This document shows positions 10,087 to 20,450 of a stretch of 64,000 nt of DNA, one piece after another; position 1 is the first letter of the stretch, and every line of letters starts with the position of its first letter. Under the pieces are notes generated by a model. The model searched no databases. It had not been told where the DNA came from and saw nothing but the letters and a program-made list of their open reading frames with translations. A program made the position numbers and the translations under genes. The DNA is taken from NCBI GenBank assembly GCA_036502245.1, contig DASXYX010000024.1, forward strand, positions 5,130-69,129, in the 5' to 3' direction. This DNA is from Verrucomicrobiia bacterium (GTDB lineage Bacteria; Verrucomicrobiota; Verrucomicrobiia; Limisphaerales; UBA11358).

Positions 10087-10500
10087 TTAGAGCGGATTTT
10101 GCGCCGAAAAATGCCCCGGTTCCTTCGGTCTTTCCACGAAATGCAGCAGATTTCCCTCACAATCCTTGAAAAACAGCACGTTACCCCCCCCAGCTGCGGC
10201 CCGGACCTCCTCCGAGAACACCACCCCTCGTTTTTCCAGTTCAGTACGCGCGGCGGCAATTGAATCCACCCGCAATGCAATATGCCGGAACCCCGCCAAC
10301 TTGTTGTTCCCGCGATTTTCTGGTGCGCCCTCCGCGGCATAAATCTCAAACCATCCCCCGCCCGGCAAGGCAATAAGACATGTCGGCGGAGTCTGGCCGT
10401 TATTAAAAAGCTCCCGCGCTCCCAGCACACGAATGTACCAATCTTTCAGGGCGACAGGGTCGGCGGACGGGATAGCGATGTGTTCAATGGCGATGTTCAT
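10087..10500 (-). CDS. VOC (glyoxalase/bleomycin resistance) family protein
   Basis: IEHIAI, WY.RVLG, GFRHIALRVDSI, FFKDCEGN. Confidence 0.88.
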   Translation of the reverse strand: MNIAIEHIAIPSADPVALKDWYIRVLGARELFNNGQTPPTCLIALPGGGWFEIYAAEGAPENRGNNKLAGFRHIALRVDSIAAARTELEKRGVVFSEEVRAAAGGGNVLFFKDCEGNLLHFVERPKEPGHFSAQNPL

Positions 10501-10588
10501 TTCTAGAACCGCAGATTACGCGGATTTGAAGAATTTCAAAATAAATTCGCGTTCACTTCGTCAGCTTCTTTTGTATCATGCCGACTTT

Positions 10589-11230
10589 ATGAGCACAGAA
10601 TCTTTCCTGGAACAACGCCTCGTTTGCGTCGCGGTCATTGACAAGGCGGAGGACGCCGTTCCCACCGCCGAGGCCCTGCTGGCCGGCGGATTGAATGTCA
10701 TCGAGATCACTTTTCGCACCGCAGGCGCGGCGGATGCCATCGCGCGTATCCGCAAGAGCATTCCGCAAATGATTGTCGGCGCGGGCACCCTGCTCACTCC
10801 CGACCAGGTCAAGCAGGCGGTGGATGCCGGGTCGCAATTCGGCGTCTCACCCGGCTTGAGCGAAACCGTGTCCAAAGCAGCGCACGAGCATAAGTTGCCG
10901 CTCTTCCCCGGAGTCATCACTCCCGGCGAAATCATGCGCGCGCTGGAACTGGGTTGGAAACAATTGAAGTTTTTCCCGTCGGAAACGTTCGGCGGCGTCA
11001 ATGCCTTGAAAGCGCTCATCGGCCCCTTTGGCCATACCGGTGTGCAGTTCATCCCCACCGGCGGCATCTCAGCGGCAACGCTGCCGAATTACCTGGCCAT
11101 GAAACAAGTGGCTGCCGTCGGCGGTTCCTGGATGGCCGAGCGCAAACTGGTCGCGGAAAAATCCTGGGACAAAATCACCGCGCTCACGGCTGAAGCGATG
11201 AAGATCATCGCGGCGAATCCGGCAAAATAA
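10589..11230 (+). CDS. eda: KDPG/KHG aldolase
   Basis: IEITFRT, VGAGT, PGVITPGEI, LKFFP, FIPTGGI, VGGSW. Confidence 0.93.
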   Translation: MSTESFLEQRLVCVAVIDKAEDAVPTAEALLAGGLNVIEITFRTAGAADAIARIRKSIPQMIVGAGTLLTPDQVKQAVDAGSQFGVSPGLSETVSKAAHEHKLPLFPGVITPGEIMRALELGWKQLKFFPSETFGGVNALKALIGPFGHTGVQFIPTGGISAATLPNYLAMKQVAAVGGSWMAERKLVAEKSWDKITALTAEAMKIIAANPAK

Positions 11231-11240
11231 GTTTCGCGAA

Positions 11241-11294
11241 CCCTCACCTCACCCTGACCCTCTCCCCTCCCATCAGAATGGGAGCGGAGAGGGA
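11241..11294. repeat. CCCTCACC..CCCTCTCCC-N-GGGA.GAGGG palindrome
   Basis: Same family as 4447 and 24076. Confidence 0.75.
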
Positions 11295-11379
11295 ACAGGT
11301 AGCGGATGACATCGACATATGAAAGCCACACCAGCTTCACCAGGTTCAGGAATTTGATCCGCGGATTTTTGGGAAATTC

Positions 11380-12366
11380 TTACAAGCCGAACCGTTGAAT
11401 CAGAAAGAAAAGCACCGGCACCGTCAACAGACTGAAGAACGTACTGTAAAAGATTCCTTCGGCAGCGAGCGTGGTGTCTCCGCCAAAACGCTCCGTCATC
11501 ACACTGCAACTAATGGCCACCGGCATGGTCGCGATGAGATAAAGTATCAATCGCGTTTCCTCGGGCAGGTTCAGGCCCAATTTCATCAGGCCGAACCCGA
11601 TGCCTACCGTCAATAGCGGCGCTACGAGCAACCGCGTGAAAAGAATGCCCCACAGCACACGAGGAAAACGATGCACGGCAATCGTTAATTCGCCCAGTTG
11701 TGCGCCAATGGCCAGCAACGACATCGGCACGGTCAGGCTGCCGACCATGGCCAATGCCTGCACGATTGCGCCCGGTAGGAGCATGGATGCCGACGCATCC
11801 GCCGGGCTGAGCGTTTCCAATCCGCGCGCAGCAGGAAAGAGCAATGCAACAATGATTCCCGCCGCCGTAGCCCATAGACCGACATTTTTCAGCAGATGAT
11901 TGAGCGCCTGGCGCATCGCCCCGTGCAGAATCCATACACCGAACGACCACAACAGCACCTGCGCACCGGCGTTGCATAGCAACACCGTGCGCACACCAGT
12001 GTCGCCGTATAATGCCTGCACGATCGGCAACGGCAAAAAGATCCAATTGGGGATAGCCACGCAAAAGATAAAGGTATTGCGTTGCGCTTTATTGCTGAAG
12101 GCCGGCGCCAGCAACAAGCCGGCAAAATATGCGATGATGATCAGCAACGCGCACAGCAATGGCGCGAACCAGTCTTCACGAAGCGCCTGTAGATCCACCG
12201 TCCGCAACATTTGCGTGAACACGAGCGAAGGAAATGCCACGTCTACCACCAGCACGCTCAACGTGGCCGTGACTTCTTTTTTTAGGAAGCCATGCCGTCG
12301 CGCGAACCATCCGGCGAGGACCACCAGGAACATCGCCATGATTTTGAGAAAGACCACGTGGGCCAT
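11380..12366 (-). CDS. AEC (auxin efflux carrier/malate permease) family transporter
   Basis: About ten TM segments; VAFPSLVF, N..FLPLP, P.SLLAIG, MPVA motifs. Confidence 0.88.
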   Translation of the reverse strand: MAHVVFLKIMAMFLVVLAGWFARRHGFLKKEVTATLSVLVVDVAFPSLVFTQMLRTVDLQALREDWFAPLLCALLIIIAYFAGLLLAPAFSNKAQRNTFIFCVAIPNWIFLPLPIVQALYGDTGVRTVLLCNAGAQVLLWSFGVWILHGAMRQALNHLLKNVGLWATAAGIIVALLFPAARGLETLSPADASASMLLPGAIVQALAMVGSLTVPMSLLAIGAQLGELTIAVHRFPRVLWGILFTRLLVAPLLTVGIGFGLMKLGLNLPEETRLILYLIATMPVAISCSVMTERFGGDTTLAAEGIFYSTFFSLLTVPVLFFLIQRFGL

Positions 12367-12404
12367 TTCCCATCAAGGTAGGAAACTACGGCGAAAGTTG
12401 CAGT

Positions 12405-13067
12405 TCAAATCTCCGGGATAGGCCGTTCCACGATGCCTTTGGAGATGGCGTAGCGCGTCAGGCCCGCAATATCGTGGATGTTCAACTTGTTCATCACCTG
12501 CTGGCGATGCTTCTCGACGGTCTTGATACTGATGTTCAACTCGGCGGCGATCTGCTTGTTGGCGTTCCCTTCGGCGATGAGTTGCAGCACTTCCATCTCG
12601 CGCGAGGTCAGATCGCCGTGTTTTTTGCTGTCCAACTTCCCATCGCGGTTTTCATCCACCAGCCGGCGGGAAATGGCCGGGCTGAAATAGGGATTCCCGC
12701 GGGACACCTCGCGCACGGCGTTGATCAGTTCGGTGGCGGCGGTTTGCTTGAGCAAATATCCTTTCGCACCCGCTTTGATGACCTGGATCACGTATTCATC
12801 GTCGTTGTAGGATGAGAGGACCAGCAATTTGGTCCCCGGCACATCCTTGGTGATCTGGCGGGTGGCTTCCAGCCCGTTGAGGTTCGGCATCGCGATGTCC
12901 ATGATGACCACCGCGGGCAAAAATTTCTTTGCGAGTTGGACGGCCTGCCGTCCGTTGTCGGCCTCGGCCACGACACGGATGTCGGCCTCGGCTTCGAGCA
13001 ATGCGCGCAGTCCCTGCCGCACGACCGTGTGGTCGTCAGCAAGCAACACCTGGATTTTTCCTAACAT
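12405..13067 (-). CDS. NarL/LuxR-family response regulator
   Basis: LADDH, MDIAMP, GYLLK, LTSREMEVLQLIAEG..NKQIA..L.IS.KTV. Confidence 0.95.
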   Translation of the reverse strand: MLGKIQVLLADDHTVVRQGLRALLEAEADIRVVAEADNGRQAVQLAKKFLPAVVIMDIAMPNLNGLEATRQITKDVPGTKLLVLSSYNDDEYVIQVIKAGAKGYLLKQTAATELINAVREVSRGNPYFSPAISRRLVDENRDGKLDSKKHGDLTSREMEVLQLIAEGNANKQIAAELNISIKTVEKHRQQVMNKLNIHDIAGLTRYAISKGIVERPIPEI

Positions 13068-13083
13068 CGTTCAACCTTGTGTT

Positions 13084-14664
13084 TCATGTCGTTCGTAAAG
13101 GCACAGTCACCTGCACAGTCGTCCCGTGCGCGGGTGACGATTGGATACTGAACTTCCCGTTGACTAATCTCACACGTTCTTGCATTCCGAGCAAGCCCAA
13201 CCGTTGCTCCCGCCCGCCGGGTTTCCGGCCCTCCGCCGGGAAAGAGCGCCCGTTGTCAGCGATCCGCAGCAGGATATTCCCGCCGCTTTTGCGCAGATCG
13301 ATGTCCACGCGCGAGGCCCGCGCGTGTTTGGCGATATTCGTCAGGCTCTCCTGCGTCACGCGAAATAACGCGGTCTTGGTCTCGCTGTCCAAGGTCTCAG
13401 CCACCGGTTTCGCGTGAAGATGGACCGCCAGGCCCGTCCGTTCGCTGAAGTTTTTGATGTGCGAGCGCAAGGCGGGCAGCAACCCCAACTCGTCCAATAA
13501 CGCCGGGCGCAGCTCACGCGCAAACCGGTGGATTGTCTCGGTGGTTTCTTCGATCAACCGCTGCGCTGTGGCGATCTTCTGAGAAATTTGGCCGTTCCCG
13601 GCGCCGGAATTATTCAACGTGGCGAGCATCACACTGATGGCTGTGAGCGATTGGCCGACTTCATCGTGCAATTCACGACTCATGCGCCGCCGTTCCTCCT
13701 CCTGCACGTGCAGGATCTTGTTGGACAGGCTCCGCAAATTTTCCTGCATCGCCTGGGCTTCGTTGAAGAGTCGCCGGTAATGCTCCTCGCCCTGTCGCAA
13801 CGCGTCCTCCACCTCGCGGGTTTCGGTCAGGTCGCGAAGCACGCGGGCAAAACCAAGCAACTCGCCGGCCTCATTGCGGATCGGTGTCGTGATGACGTTG
13901 GCCAAAAATCGTGTGCCGTCCTTCCGCACCCGCCAGCATTCCTCCTCCAATCGATCCTGTTTCAAGGCGCGTTTCAAGTCGCGCACCGGCTTTCCCGCCT
14001 GAATATCTTCTGGCACAAAAAAACGCTCGTAGTTGCGTCCGACGATCTCGTCCCGGCCATATCCAAAAAGCCGTCCCGCGCCCGCGTTCCAACTCGCCAC
14101 TCGCCCATCCGGTTCCACCAAAAAAATCGCATAGTTCCTGACATCAGCAATGAGCAGTCGAAACCGCTCTTCGCTCAAGCGCAACGCCTGTTCAGCCACT
14201 TTGCGCGGAGTGATGTCCGTGGCGATGCCGCAAAGGCCGTAGATCTTCCCGTTTGGCCGGCGCAAAGGAAACTTCATGACCACCGACACATGCGCGCCGT
14301 CAACGTACCGCGCGCACTCTTCAAACTCCAGCGCCATGCCCGAACGGAACACCTCCCGGTCATTGGCGCGGAATGCCGCGGCCTGTGCGCGCGGAAAAAT
14401 CTCCGTGTCCGTCCGGCCCAAAACCACCCGCCGTGACAGCCCAAAAAGCCTTTCAAACTGGGGATTGATATCGAGGTATCGCCCCCGGCAATCCTTTACA
14501 AAAATAACCGCCGGACTGTGCTCAATGATCGCCCGGAGACGTTTTTCATTGAGACTCAAGGCTTTGCCGATCTGCCTGGCGACATCCAATTCGGCCTGCA
14601 ATTCGGCAATGCGCTTTTTCAACGCCGCGCCGTTCCCGAATGGCTTCCTTCTGCTTGTCGGCAT
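13084..14664 (-). CDS. PAS-PAS sensor histidine kinase (HisKA_3/NarX-UhpB type)
   Basis: Two PAS/PAC repeats, EERRRMSRELHDEVGQ, QESLTNIAKHA, DNG, GLLGMQER; start approximate. Confidence 0.93.
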   Translation of the reverse strand: MPTSRRKPFGNGAALKKRIAELQAELDVARQIGKALSLNEKRLRAIIEHSPAVIFVKDCRGRYLDINPQFERLFGLSRRVVLGRTDTEIFPRAQAAAFRANDREVFRSGMALEFEECARYVDGAHVSVVMKFPLRRPNGKIYGLCGIATDITPRKVAEQALRLSEERFRLLIADVRNYAIFLVEPDGRVASWNAGAGRLFGYGRDEIVGRNYERFFVPEDIQAGKPVRDLKRALKQDRLEEECWRVRKDGTRFLANVITTPIRNEAGELLGFARVLRDLTETREVEDALRQGEEHYRRLFNEAQAMQENLRSLSNKILHVQEEERRRMSRELHDEVGQSLTAISVMLATLNNSGAGNGQISQKIATAQRLIEETTETIHRFARELRPALLDELGLLPALRSHIKNFSERTGLAVHLHAKPVAETLDSETKTALFRVTQESLTNIAKHARASRVDIDLRKSGGNILLRIADNGRSFPAEGRKPGGREQRLGLLGMQERVRLVNGKFSIQSSPAHGTTVQVTVPLRTT

Positions 14665-14852
14665 GCGATTTATGCTCAAGGCCTTACCAGTGCAAAACAA
14701 TTTACCCGACCGCAAGCTTTTTCCTGCCCCCAATTCATGGTGCCGTATATGAGTATTTCACCCCATTTGCGAAAATACGACTTCATCGGATTGTATTGCG
14801 TAAGGATTGGACAAACCCAGTCAACCATGACTATTTATTGCACCGATTAGAT

Positions 14853-15596
14853 ATGAAAGCCACTTTGCGGATCCTCAACCTTGAAGACAATACCAGCGAC
14901 TCCGAATTGAACGAAGCGATGCTCTCGGCGCGTTGGCCGCATTGCGAACTCATGCGCGTGGACACGCGCGGCGATTTTATCTCCGCTCTGGAACAGGAAG
15001 ACATCGACCTCATCATCTCCGATTACACCATGCCCAATTTTAACGGCATGGAGGCATTGGCCATTTCCCGCGAACGCCGGCCCGAAGTGCCGTTCCTGTT
15101 CGTCTCGGGCACCATCGGCGAAGACAGCGCCATCGAAGCGCTCAAAAACGGCGCCACCGATTATGTGCTCAAACACCGCCTCATGCGGCTGATACCCGCC
15201 GTGGACCGCGCCTTGCGCGAAAAACACGCCGGAGATGAGCGCGAGCAGGCCGAAGAATCCATGCGGCAGTCGGAATATAAATATCGCACTCTCTTCGAAG
15301 CCCTCGCCGATGGAGTTTTTTTGGTGGACCAGGAATCGGGAAAAATTATCGATGTCAACGATTCGGCCACTTCCATGATCGGATTAGAACGTGGAAAAGT
15401 TCTTGGCCGCAATGAACTGGATTTCCTGATGCTCGAAGACAGCATGGCGGATGCGAAACGTCTCGTGGAATGCTCCATGATTTGCTCCGATGGCTCCAAA
15501 GTACCGGTCGAAGTCCATAACACCTGGCTCACCCTTTACGGCCGCCCTCTTATCCTGCGCCTCTGTCATCAAAAGACGAAAGTGAATGGAGCCTGA
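14853..15596 (+). CDS. Response regulator receiver + PAS domain protein
   Basis: ILNLED, ISDYTMP, GATDYVLK, then YRTLFE PAS-like segment; divergent from the kinase. Confidence 0.88.
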   Translation: MKATLRILNLEDNTSDSELNEAMLSARWPHCELMRVDTRGDFISALEQEDIDLIISDYTMPNFNGMEALAISRERRPEVPFLFVSGTIGEDSAIEALKNGATDYVLKHRLMRLIPAVDRALREKHAGDEREQAEESMRQSEYKYRTLFEALADGVFLVDQESGKIIDVNDSATSMIGLERGKVLGRNELDFLMLEDSMADAKRLVECSMICSDGSKVPVEVHNTWLTLYGRPLILRLCHQKTKVNGA

Positions 15597-15622
15597 TGGC
15601 TCGTCGCAGTACGATTCTGATA

Positions 15623-15658
15623 AGATGCCGCAGCTTCGGTTGCGGCATCTCATTTTTT
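15623..15658 (+). terminator. Rho-independent terminator
   Basis: AGATGCCGCAGC-TTCG-GTTGCGGCATCT stem-loop followed by a T-run. Confidence 0.75.
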
Positions 15659-15681
15659 GTCATTTTCACGCCTCATTTCCT

Positions 15682-15710
15682 TTGACTTTTCGACCTCATA
15701 AGCGTATAAA
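15682..15710 (+). promoter_or_regulatory. Sigma70-type promoter upstream of smc
   Basis: TTGACT-17 nt-TATAAA. Confidence 0.6.
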
Positions 15711-15770
15711 ATAATTGATTTGGTCGTAAAAAAGTAACTTTGTTGCCGGCACATGCCAAATCGGGTTCCT

Positions 15771-15815
15771 CACCATTAGTTGTGCTTGCAACAGGCGAAA
15801 CCGCAATTTGTTGTG
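15771..15815. promoter_or_regulatory. Tandem NrdR-box-like sites
   Basis: CACCATTAGTTGTG (15771) and CGCAATTTGTTGTG (15802), starts 31 bp apart. Confidence 0.5.
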
Positions 15816-15868
15816 GTTTTTGCTTTACTTGTTCCGGCAACTATGGTTGCCTAAAGCCAGTTCATAGC

Positions 15869-18800
15869 ATGTATCTCAAAAACTTGACTGTTTTCGGTTT
15901 TAAGTCATTTGCAGACAAAACCGCCCTGAACTTTCAACCGGGTGTAACCGCCATTGTAGGACCCAATGGCTGCGGTAAATCCAATGTCTCCGATGCCATC
16001 CGATGGGTGCTGGGTGAGCAATCCGCCAAGGCCCTGCGCGGCGGCGAAATGGCTGACGTCATCTTCAACGGCACCGACGGGCGCAAACCCATGGGCATGG
16101 CCGAAGTCTCGCTGACTCTCGGCGATGTCGGCCAGGAAAGTCTGCACGCCGCAGGCGTCGAAGTCGCCTATGACGAAGTCACCCTCACCCGCCGCATCTT
16201 CCGCGATGGCGGCAGCGAATATTTCCTGAACAAGACCCCCTGCCGTCTCAAGGACATCCAGCAGTTGTTTATGGGCACCGGCGTGGGCCGCACCAGCTAC
16301 AGCATTTTGGCGCAGGGTCACATCACCCAGATCCTCTCGAGCAAGCCCGAAGATCGCCGGATGATTTTCGAAGAAGCGGCAGGCATCACCAAATTCAAAT
16401 CGCAGAAACGCGAGTCGCTCCGCAAGCTCGAGTACACCGACCAAAACCTCCTGCGTGTGGCCGACCTCATCCGCGAAGTCAAACGCCAGATCGGTTCGCT
16501 CCAACGCCAGGCCGGCAAAGCGCGCCGCTATAAACAAATCTCTCTCGAACTTCAACATCTCGAGACCCAGCTCGCCCGCCATCAGTTCGACGTGTTGCTG
16601 GCCGGGATCGCCGAGAAAAATTCCGCCGCCGAGAAATTGCGCGGCGAGATCGAAAATGGCTCGGCAGACGTGCTGCGTTGCGAAGACGAGATCAAGCAAT
16701 TGCGCGAGCGCCTGAATGAACTGGAACACGAAGTTTCCGCGCAACAACAGCGCGGCATGGAATTGAAGGGCGAGCTCGAGCGGCATGAGAGCCGCATCCA
16801 GTTTGACGAGGAACGTCTGCGCGAACTCGAATCGCAAAACGCCAAGGCGCTTGCTGACATCACCCAGGCCGAAGAACGCTGCCGCACCGCCGAGGAAGAG
16901 CTGGCGACTGTACAGCAGCATTTGTCCAGATCGGAATCAGCCCTGGCCGAACACCGTCTTGCGCTGGAACAGAAGCAATTCATGCTCAACCAGGTCGAAA
17001 ACGACCTGAAACGGTTGCAGGAACAATTGCGCGTGGCGCAATCCGCCGCTTTCGCCGCCGCGCAGGATTTGTCCCGCATCCGCAACGAACTCACCGCGCT
17101 TGACCTGCAAAAACAGGGCAACGTCGTCCGTCTGGAAAAACTTTCCGCCGAAAAAGTCCAACTCGAGGAAGAACGCACCCGCTTGGACAGCCGGTTGAAC
17201 GAATTTACCGCGAGCGTTGAAGTCGAAAAACTGAACGCGCAGACCAAACGCGGCACGGTCGAAGAACGCCAAAACCGGTTGCGCGAATTGCATACTGATT
17301 TGCAGGTGTCCTCCACCGAGCAGGACGAGCTTTTGCAGCAGCAAGCCGAAAAACGCTCGCGCCTCAGCGTCATCGAGCAGCTTGAGCACTCTCGCGAGGG
17401 TTTCGATGCCGGGGCGGTCGCTGCCTTGCGCCAGTCGCGCTCGGTCATCGGCTCGCTTGCCGACCGTATCCGCGTGCCGGAACAATTTGTCGTGGCCGTC
17501 GAAAACGCCCTCGGCCATCACCTTCAACTCGTCCTCACTGAACAGCCCGAGTCCGCGCAGGAAATCCTCGCCGACCTGAGTGCGAACAAGACCGGTCGTG
17601 CCAGTGTCGCCGCGCTCGCCATCCAGCAAAAGGACGACAACCAGCTCGTTTTTGAAGGCGAACTCGCTCCCGCCGAGCCTGATGGAGCGCAAAAGGTTTT
17701 GCAACAAGGCGAAATCGTCTCGGCCTTGAACGTCATCGAATCCGATCCGTCGGTGAACCGGTTGCTGCGCTCACTCCTGGGCCGCACATTCATCGCGTCC
17801 GACTTGCCCACAGCCACGGCCCAGATCCAGAATGGCCACGCCGGTTGCGATTTTGTGACCTTGAAGGGCGACCTCTTGAGCCGGCATGGCATCTACACCG
17901 GCGGCTACCTGAACGGCCATGGCAATCCCAAAGCGCCCGCCTCGATTTTAGGGCGCAAAAACCAGATAGCGGAATTGCAGAACGAACTGGCGCAGATCCA
18001 GGAACGCATCGCCGAGGCCAGCCGCCGCCGCGGCGCGTTGCTCGCCGAACAGACCGAGCTTCAGGCCGGCTTGCAGCAGGCACAGACAGAATTGCGCGAG
18101 CAGGAAGTGGCCATCGCCACCCACGAAGGCGAGTTCAACGCCCTGCAAAATTCTTCTCGTCTCCTCAACCAAAAGATTGAGACAGTCGTGTTTGAAGTCC
18201 AGAGCCTCGCCGCGCAGGAACAGGAAGGCCTGCAAAAGCGCAATGCGTTGGCGACTCAACTGGCCGAACTCGAAGCGCGCGAACGCGGCGAGCAGGACAA
18301 AGTGACGTCGTTGACCGCCGAACTCGAAAACACGCGCCAACAGCGCGATACCGCGACCACGACCCTGACCGAAAGCAAGGTCGCCCTCGCCGCCGAGGAA
18401 CAATTGCTCGCCTCGTTCCGCCAGCAACAACAGGCGCTCGCCCAACGCATCGCCGAACTCAAGCAGATTGTCGAGCAACGCCGGGCGGAGATTTCCGCTG
18501 TGCTCACCCGCAAGGAACAGGCCGAATCCGAAATTTTGGAATCGCGCGCGCAGATCGAACGCATTTCCCACGAGCGCGACCAGGTCAACGCCCAGGCTGC
18601 TGAATTGCTCAGCCAGAAAAACGCGCAGGAAGGTGAAGTCTCTTCGCGCGACGAAAGTCTACGCTCGCAACGCACCCGCCTGACTGATTTACAGAATCAG
18701 CGCGGTGGAATTGAGGTCGAACTCGCGCAGAAAAACATGTCCGTCCAAAACCTGCGCGAAAAGATTCAGCAGAAATATCACGTCAACCTGGACGACATCC

Positions 18801-19588
18801 GCAGCGAGTGCATCACCATCACGTACGCCGACGAAGGTCCGGCCAAAGTCGAAACCGTCACGCCCGAAGAGATGGCTGCCAGTGGCGCCGCCACCGATTG
18901 GAACGCCGTCACCCAACAGATCGATGCGTTGCAAACACGGCTCGATGAGATCGGCCCCGTCAACCTCGTCGCCATTGAAGAATACGAAGAGACCGAGAAG
19001 CGGCACCAATTCCTCACGCAGCAACATGACGATCTGGTGAATGCCAAGACACAGTTGCTCGAAGTCATCAACCGTATCAACACCCAGACGCGGCAGATGT
19101 TTTTGGAGACCTTCGAGAAAATCCGCGATAATTTCCGCGCCATGTTCGTCGAAGTGTTCGGCGGCGGCAAAGCCGATCTGATTCTTTCAGACCAGAACGA
19201 CGTGCTGGAAAGCGGCATCGACATCGTGGCCCGCCCGCCCGGCAAACAGTTGCAGAGCATTTCCCTGCTCTCCGGCGGTGAACAGACCATGACCGCCGTC
19301 TCCCTGCTCTTCTCCATCTACCAGGTCAAACCCAGCCCGTTCTGCGTGCTGGATGAATTGGACGCCCCGCTCGACGAGGCGAACGTCAGCCGGTTCGTGA
19401 AGATCCTGCAACGGTTCCTGGACCACTCGCAATTCGTCATCATCACGCACAACAAGCGCACCATCGGCATGGCCGACGTGCTCTACGGCGTGACGATGGA
19501 AGAACACGGCGTGAGCAAGATCGTCAGCGTGAAATTCCATAAGGCCGACGCCCAAACACCGGCTCCCGAACCGGCACTGGCAAGTTAG
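15869..19588 (+). CDS. smc: Chromosome segregation protein SMC
   Basis: GFKSF, Walker A GPNGCGKSN, coiled coils and hinge, LSGGE signature, LDELDAPLD, ITHNK. Confidence 0.97.
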   Translation: MYLKNLTVFGFKSFADKTALNFQPGVTAIVGPNGCGKSNVSDAIRWVLGEQSAKALRGGEMADVIFNGTDGRKPMGMAEVSLTLGDVGQESLHAAGVEVAYDEVTLTRRIFRDGGSEYFLNKTPCRLKDIQQLFMGTGVGRTSYSILAQGHITQILSSKPEDRRMIFEEAAGITKFKSQKRESLRKLEYTDQNLLRVADLIREVKRQIGSLQRQAGKARRYKQISLELQHLETQLARHQFDVLLAGIAEKNSAAEKLRGEIENGSADVLRCEDEIKQLRERLNELEHEVSAQQQRGMELKGELERHESRIQFDEERLRELESQNAKALADITQAEERCRTAEEELATVQQHLSRSESALAEHRLALEQKQFMLNQVENDLKRLQEQLRVAQSAAFAAAQDLSRIRNELTALDLQKQGNVVRLEKLSAEKVQLEEERTRLDSRLNEFTASVEVEKLNAQTKRGTVEERQNRLRELHTDLQVSSTEQDELLQQQAEKRSRLSVIEQLEHSREGFDAGAVAALRQSRSVIGSLADRIRVPEQFVVAVENALGHHLQLVLTEQPESAQEILADLSANKTGRASVAALAIQQKDDNQLVFEGELAPAEPDGAQKVLQQGEIVSALNVIESDPSVNRLLRSLLGRTFIASDLPTATAQIQNGHAGCDFVTLKGDLLSRHGIYTGGYLNGHGNPKAPASILGRKNQIAELQNELAQIQERIAEASRRRGALLAEQTELQAGLQQAQTELREQEVAIATHEGEFNALQNSSRLLNQKIETVVFEVQSLAAQEQEGLQKRNALATQLAELEARERGEQDKVTSLTAELENTRQQRDTATTTLTESKVALAAEEQLLASFRQQQQALAQRIAELKQIVEQRRAEISAVLTRKEQAESEILESRAQIERISHERDQVNAQAAELLSQKNAQEGEVSSRDESLRSQRTRLTDLQNQRGGIEVELAQKNMSVQNLREKIQQKYHVNLDDIRSECITITYADEGPAKVETVTPEEMAASGAATDWNAVTQQIDALQTRLDEIGPVNLVAIEEYEETEKRHQFLTQQHDDLVNAKTQLLEVINRINTQTRQMFLETFEKIRDNFRAMFVEVFGGGKADLILSDQNDVLESGIDIVARPPGKQLQSISLLSGGEQTMTAVSLLFSIYQVKPSPFCVLDELDAPLDEANVSRFVKILQRFLDHSQFVIITHNKRTIGMADVLYGVTMEEHGVSKIVSVKFHKADAQTPAPEPALAS

Positions 19589-19620
19589 TTGCAAAGGATT
19601 CTTTTCCTCGCGTGAACACC

Positions 19621-19720
19621 GTTGGTGGAGCGAGCGTACTCGCGAGCCGTAATTTCGGAGGGTCGAGCTCTGCGAGACCCTAAATTTCCTCGTAGGGCGC
19701 TCACTCCGTTGCGCGCCGCC
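19621..19720. repeat. Cluster of three GTAG/GGAG-headed REP-like imperfect palindromes
   Basis: GGTGGAGCGAGCGTACTCGCGAGCC, GGAGGGTCGAGCTCTGCGAGACC, GTAGGGCGCTCACTCCGTTGCGCGCC; relatives at ~35663, 36738 and 40401-40470. Confidence 0.7.
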
Positions 19721-19785
19721 CTTATAATTGTAGCACCGGGCATGAGCCTGCTCTAAATTTCATTCGTAAATCGGCAATTCCTATG

Positions 19786-19921
19786 ATGGAGCGAGCCGAA
19801 TGGCAAGTGGCGCTGCCACCGCGAGTTGTAGCCGCGGAGCGGCTTCTGATAATAGCCCGCAGTTTTAACTGCGGGTAAGGCCTCCAAAAAGTCAAAGTCC
19901 CGAAGGGACGGCTGAATCCTT
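19786..19921. repeat. Second copy of the composite element at 4186-4395
   Basis: Shared GCGAGCCGAATGGCAAGTGGCGCTGCCAC, GCGGCTTCTGAT, AATAGCCCGCAGTTTTAACTGCGGGTAA, AAAGTCCCGAAGGGACG.CTGAATCCTT. Confidence 0.85.
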
Positions 19922-19924
19922 AAA

Positions 19925-20248
19925 TCAGGGCACACCCCCGCCCTCAAAATTATCCAGCATTCTCAAATCCACTTTGTTTGTGGAGCCATCGGGCGCCAGC
20001 TCAACCCGGGCTTCAAAATCCAATCTCTTGACGCCCATCGTTTCGTCCCAGATCCAATGGCCATTTTCAAACTCCGCGGGATGATTCATTTGAAACGGGC
20101 GCTGGTGGACGAGTTGTTGGGCTTTATCGTTGGCCAGTTGCATGGCCAATGCGCCGGCCTGGTCAGGAGTGAGGTCGGCGCCGGTATGTGAAGTTTCACA
20201 ACCGGTTAAAATGGAAACAAAAAGAATGCCCGCCGGGATTCTCTTCAT
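19925..20248 (-). CDS. Putative lipoprotein
   Basis: MKRIPAGILFVSILTGC lipobox; the sequence shows CAT at 20246-20248 and TCA at 19925, so the gene is on the minus strand (the track labels it +). Confidence 0.75.
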   Translation of the reverse strand: MKRIPAGILFVSILTGCETSHTGADLTPDQAGALAMQLANDKAQQLVHQRPFQMNHPAEFENGHWIWDETMGVKRLDFEARVELAPDGSTNKVDLRMLDNFEGGGVP

Positions 20249-20300
20249 GGATGGTTTGACCGTGGTTTAGGCAATTGGTTCAACACCCAAAGGATCTTTT

Positions 20301-20450
20301 CAGCGCCGTAGGCGCGATATCTTTGTAGAACCAAATCCAAAATTATATCAAGCTCCGTCAGGAGCGGCATGTTCTGATGATGTCGCTCCTGACGGAGCTT
20401 GAAATTCTTTCAATTCGGATTCTACAAATATGTCACGCCTACGGCGTTCT
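20301..20450. repeat. Nested inverted REP-like doublet
   Basis: CGCCGTAGGCG...TTTGTAGAA...AAGCTCCGTCAGGAGCG / CGCTCCTGACGGAGCTT...TTCTACAAA...CGCCTACGGCG. Confidence 0.85.

Noticed and set aside
15740..15868. N-terminal extension of SMC in the track (similar extensions for nfeD, eda, xth, lolD and the 14640 ORF)
   Set aside because: Family-typical N-termini begin at downstream ATGs; the extensions cover promoter or repeat DNA or upstream genes
19925..20248. ORF track lists this ORF on the + strand
   Set aside because: The listed protein is only obtained from the reverse complement (CAT at 20246-20248, TCA at 19925)
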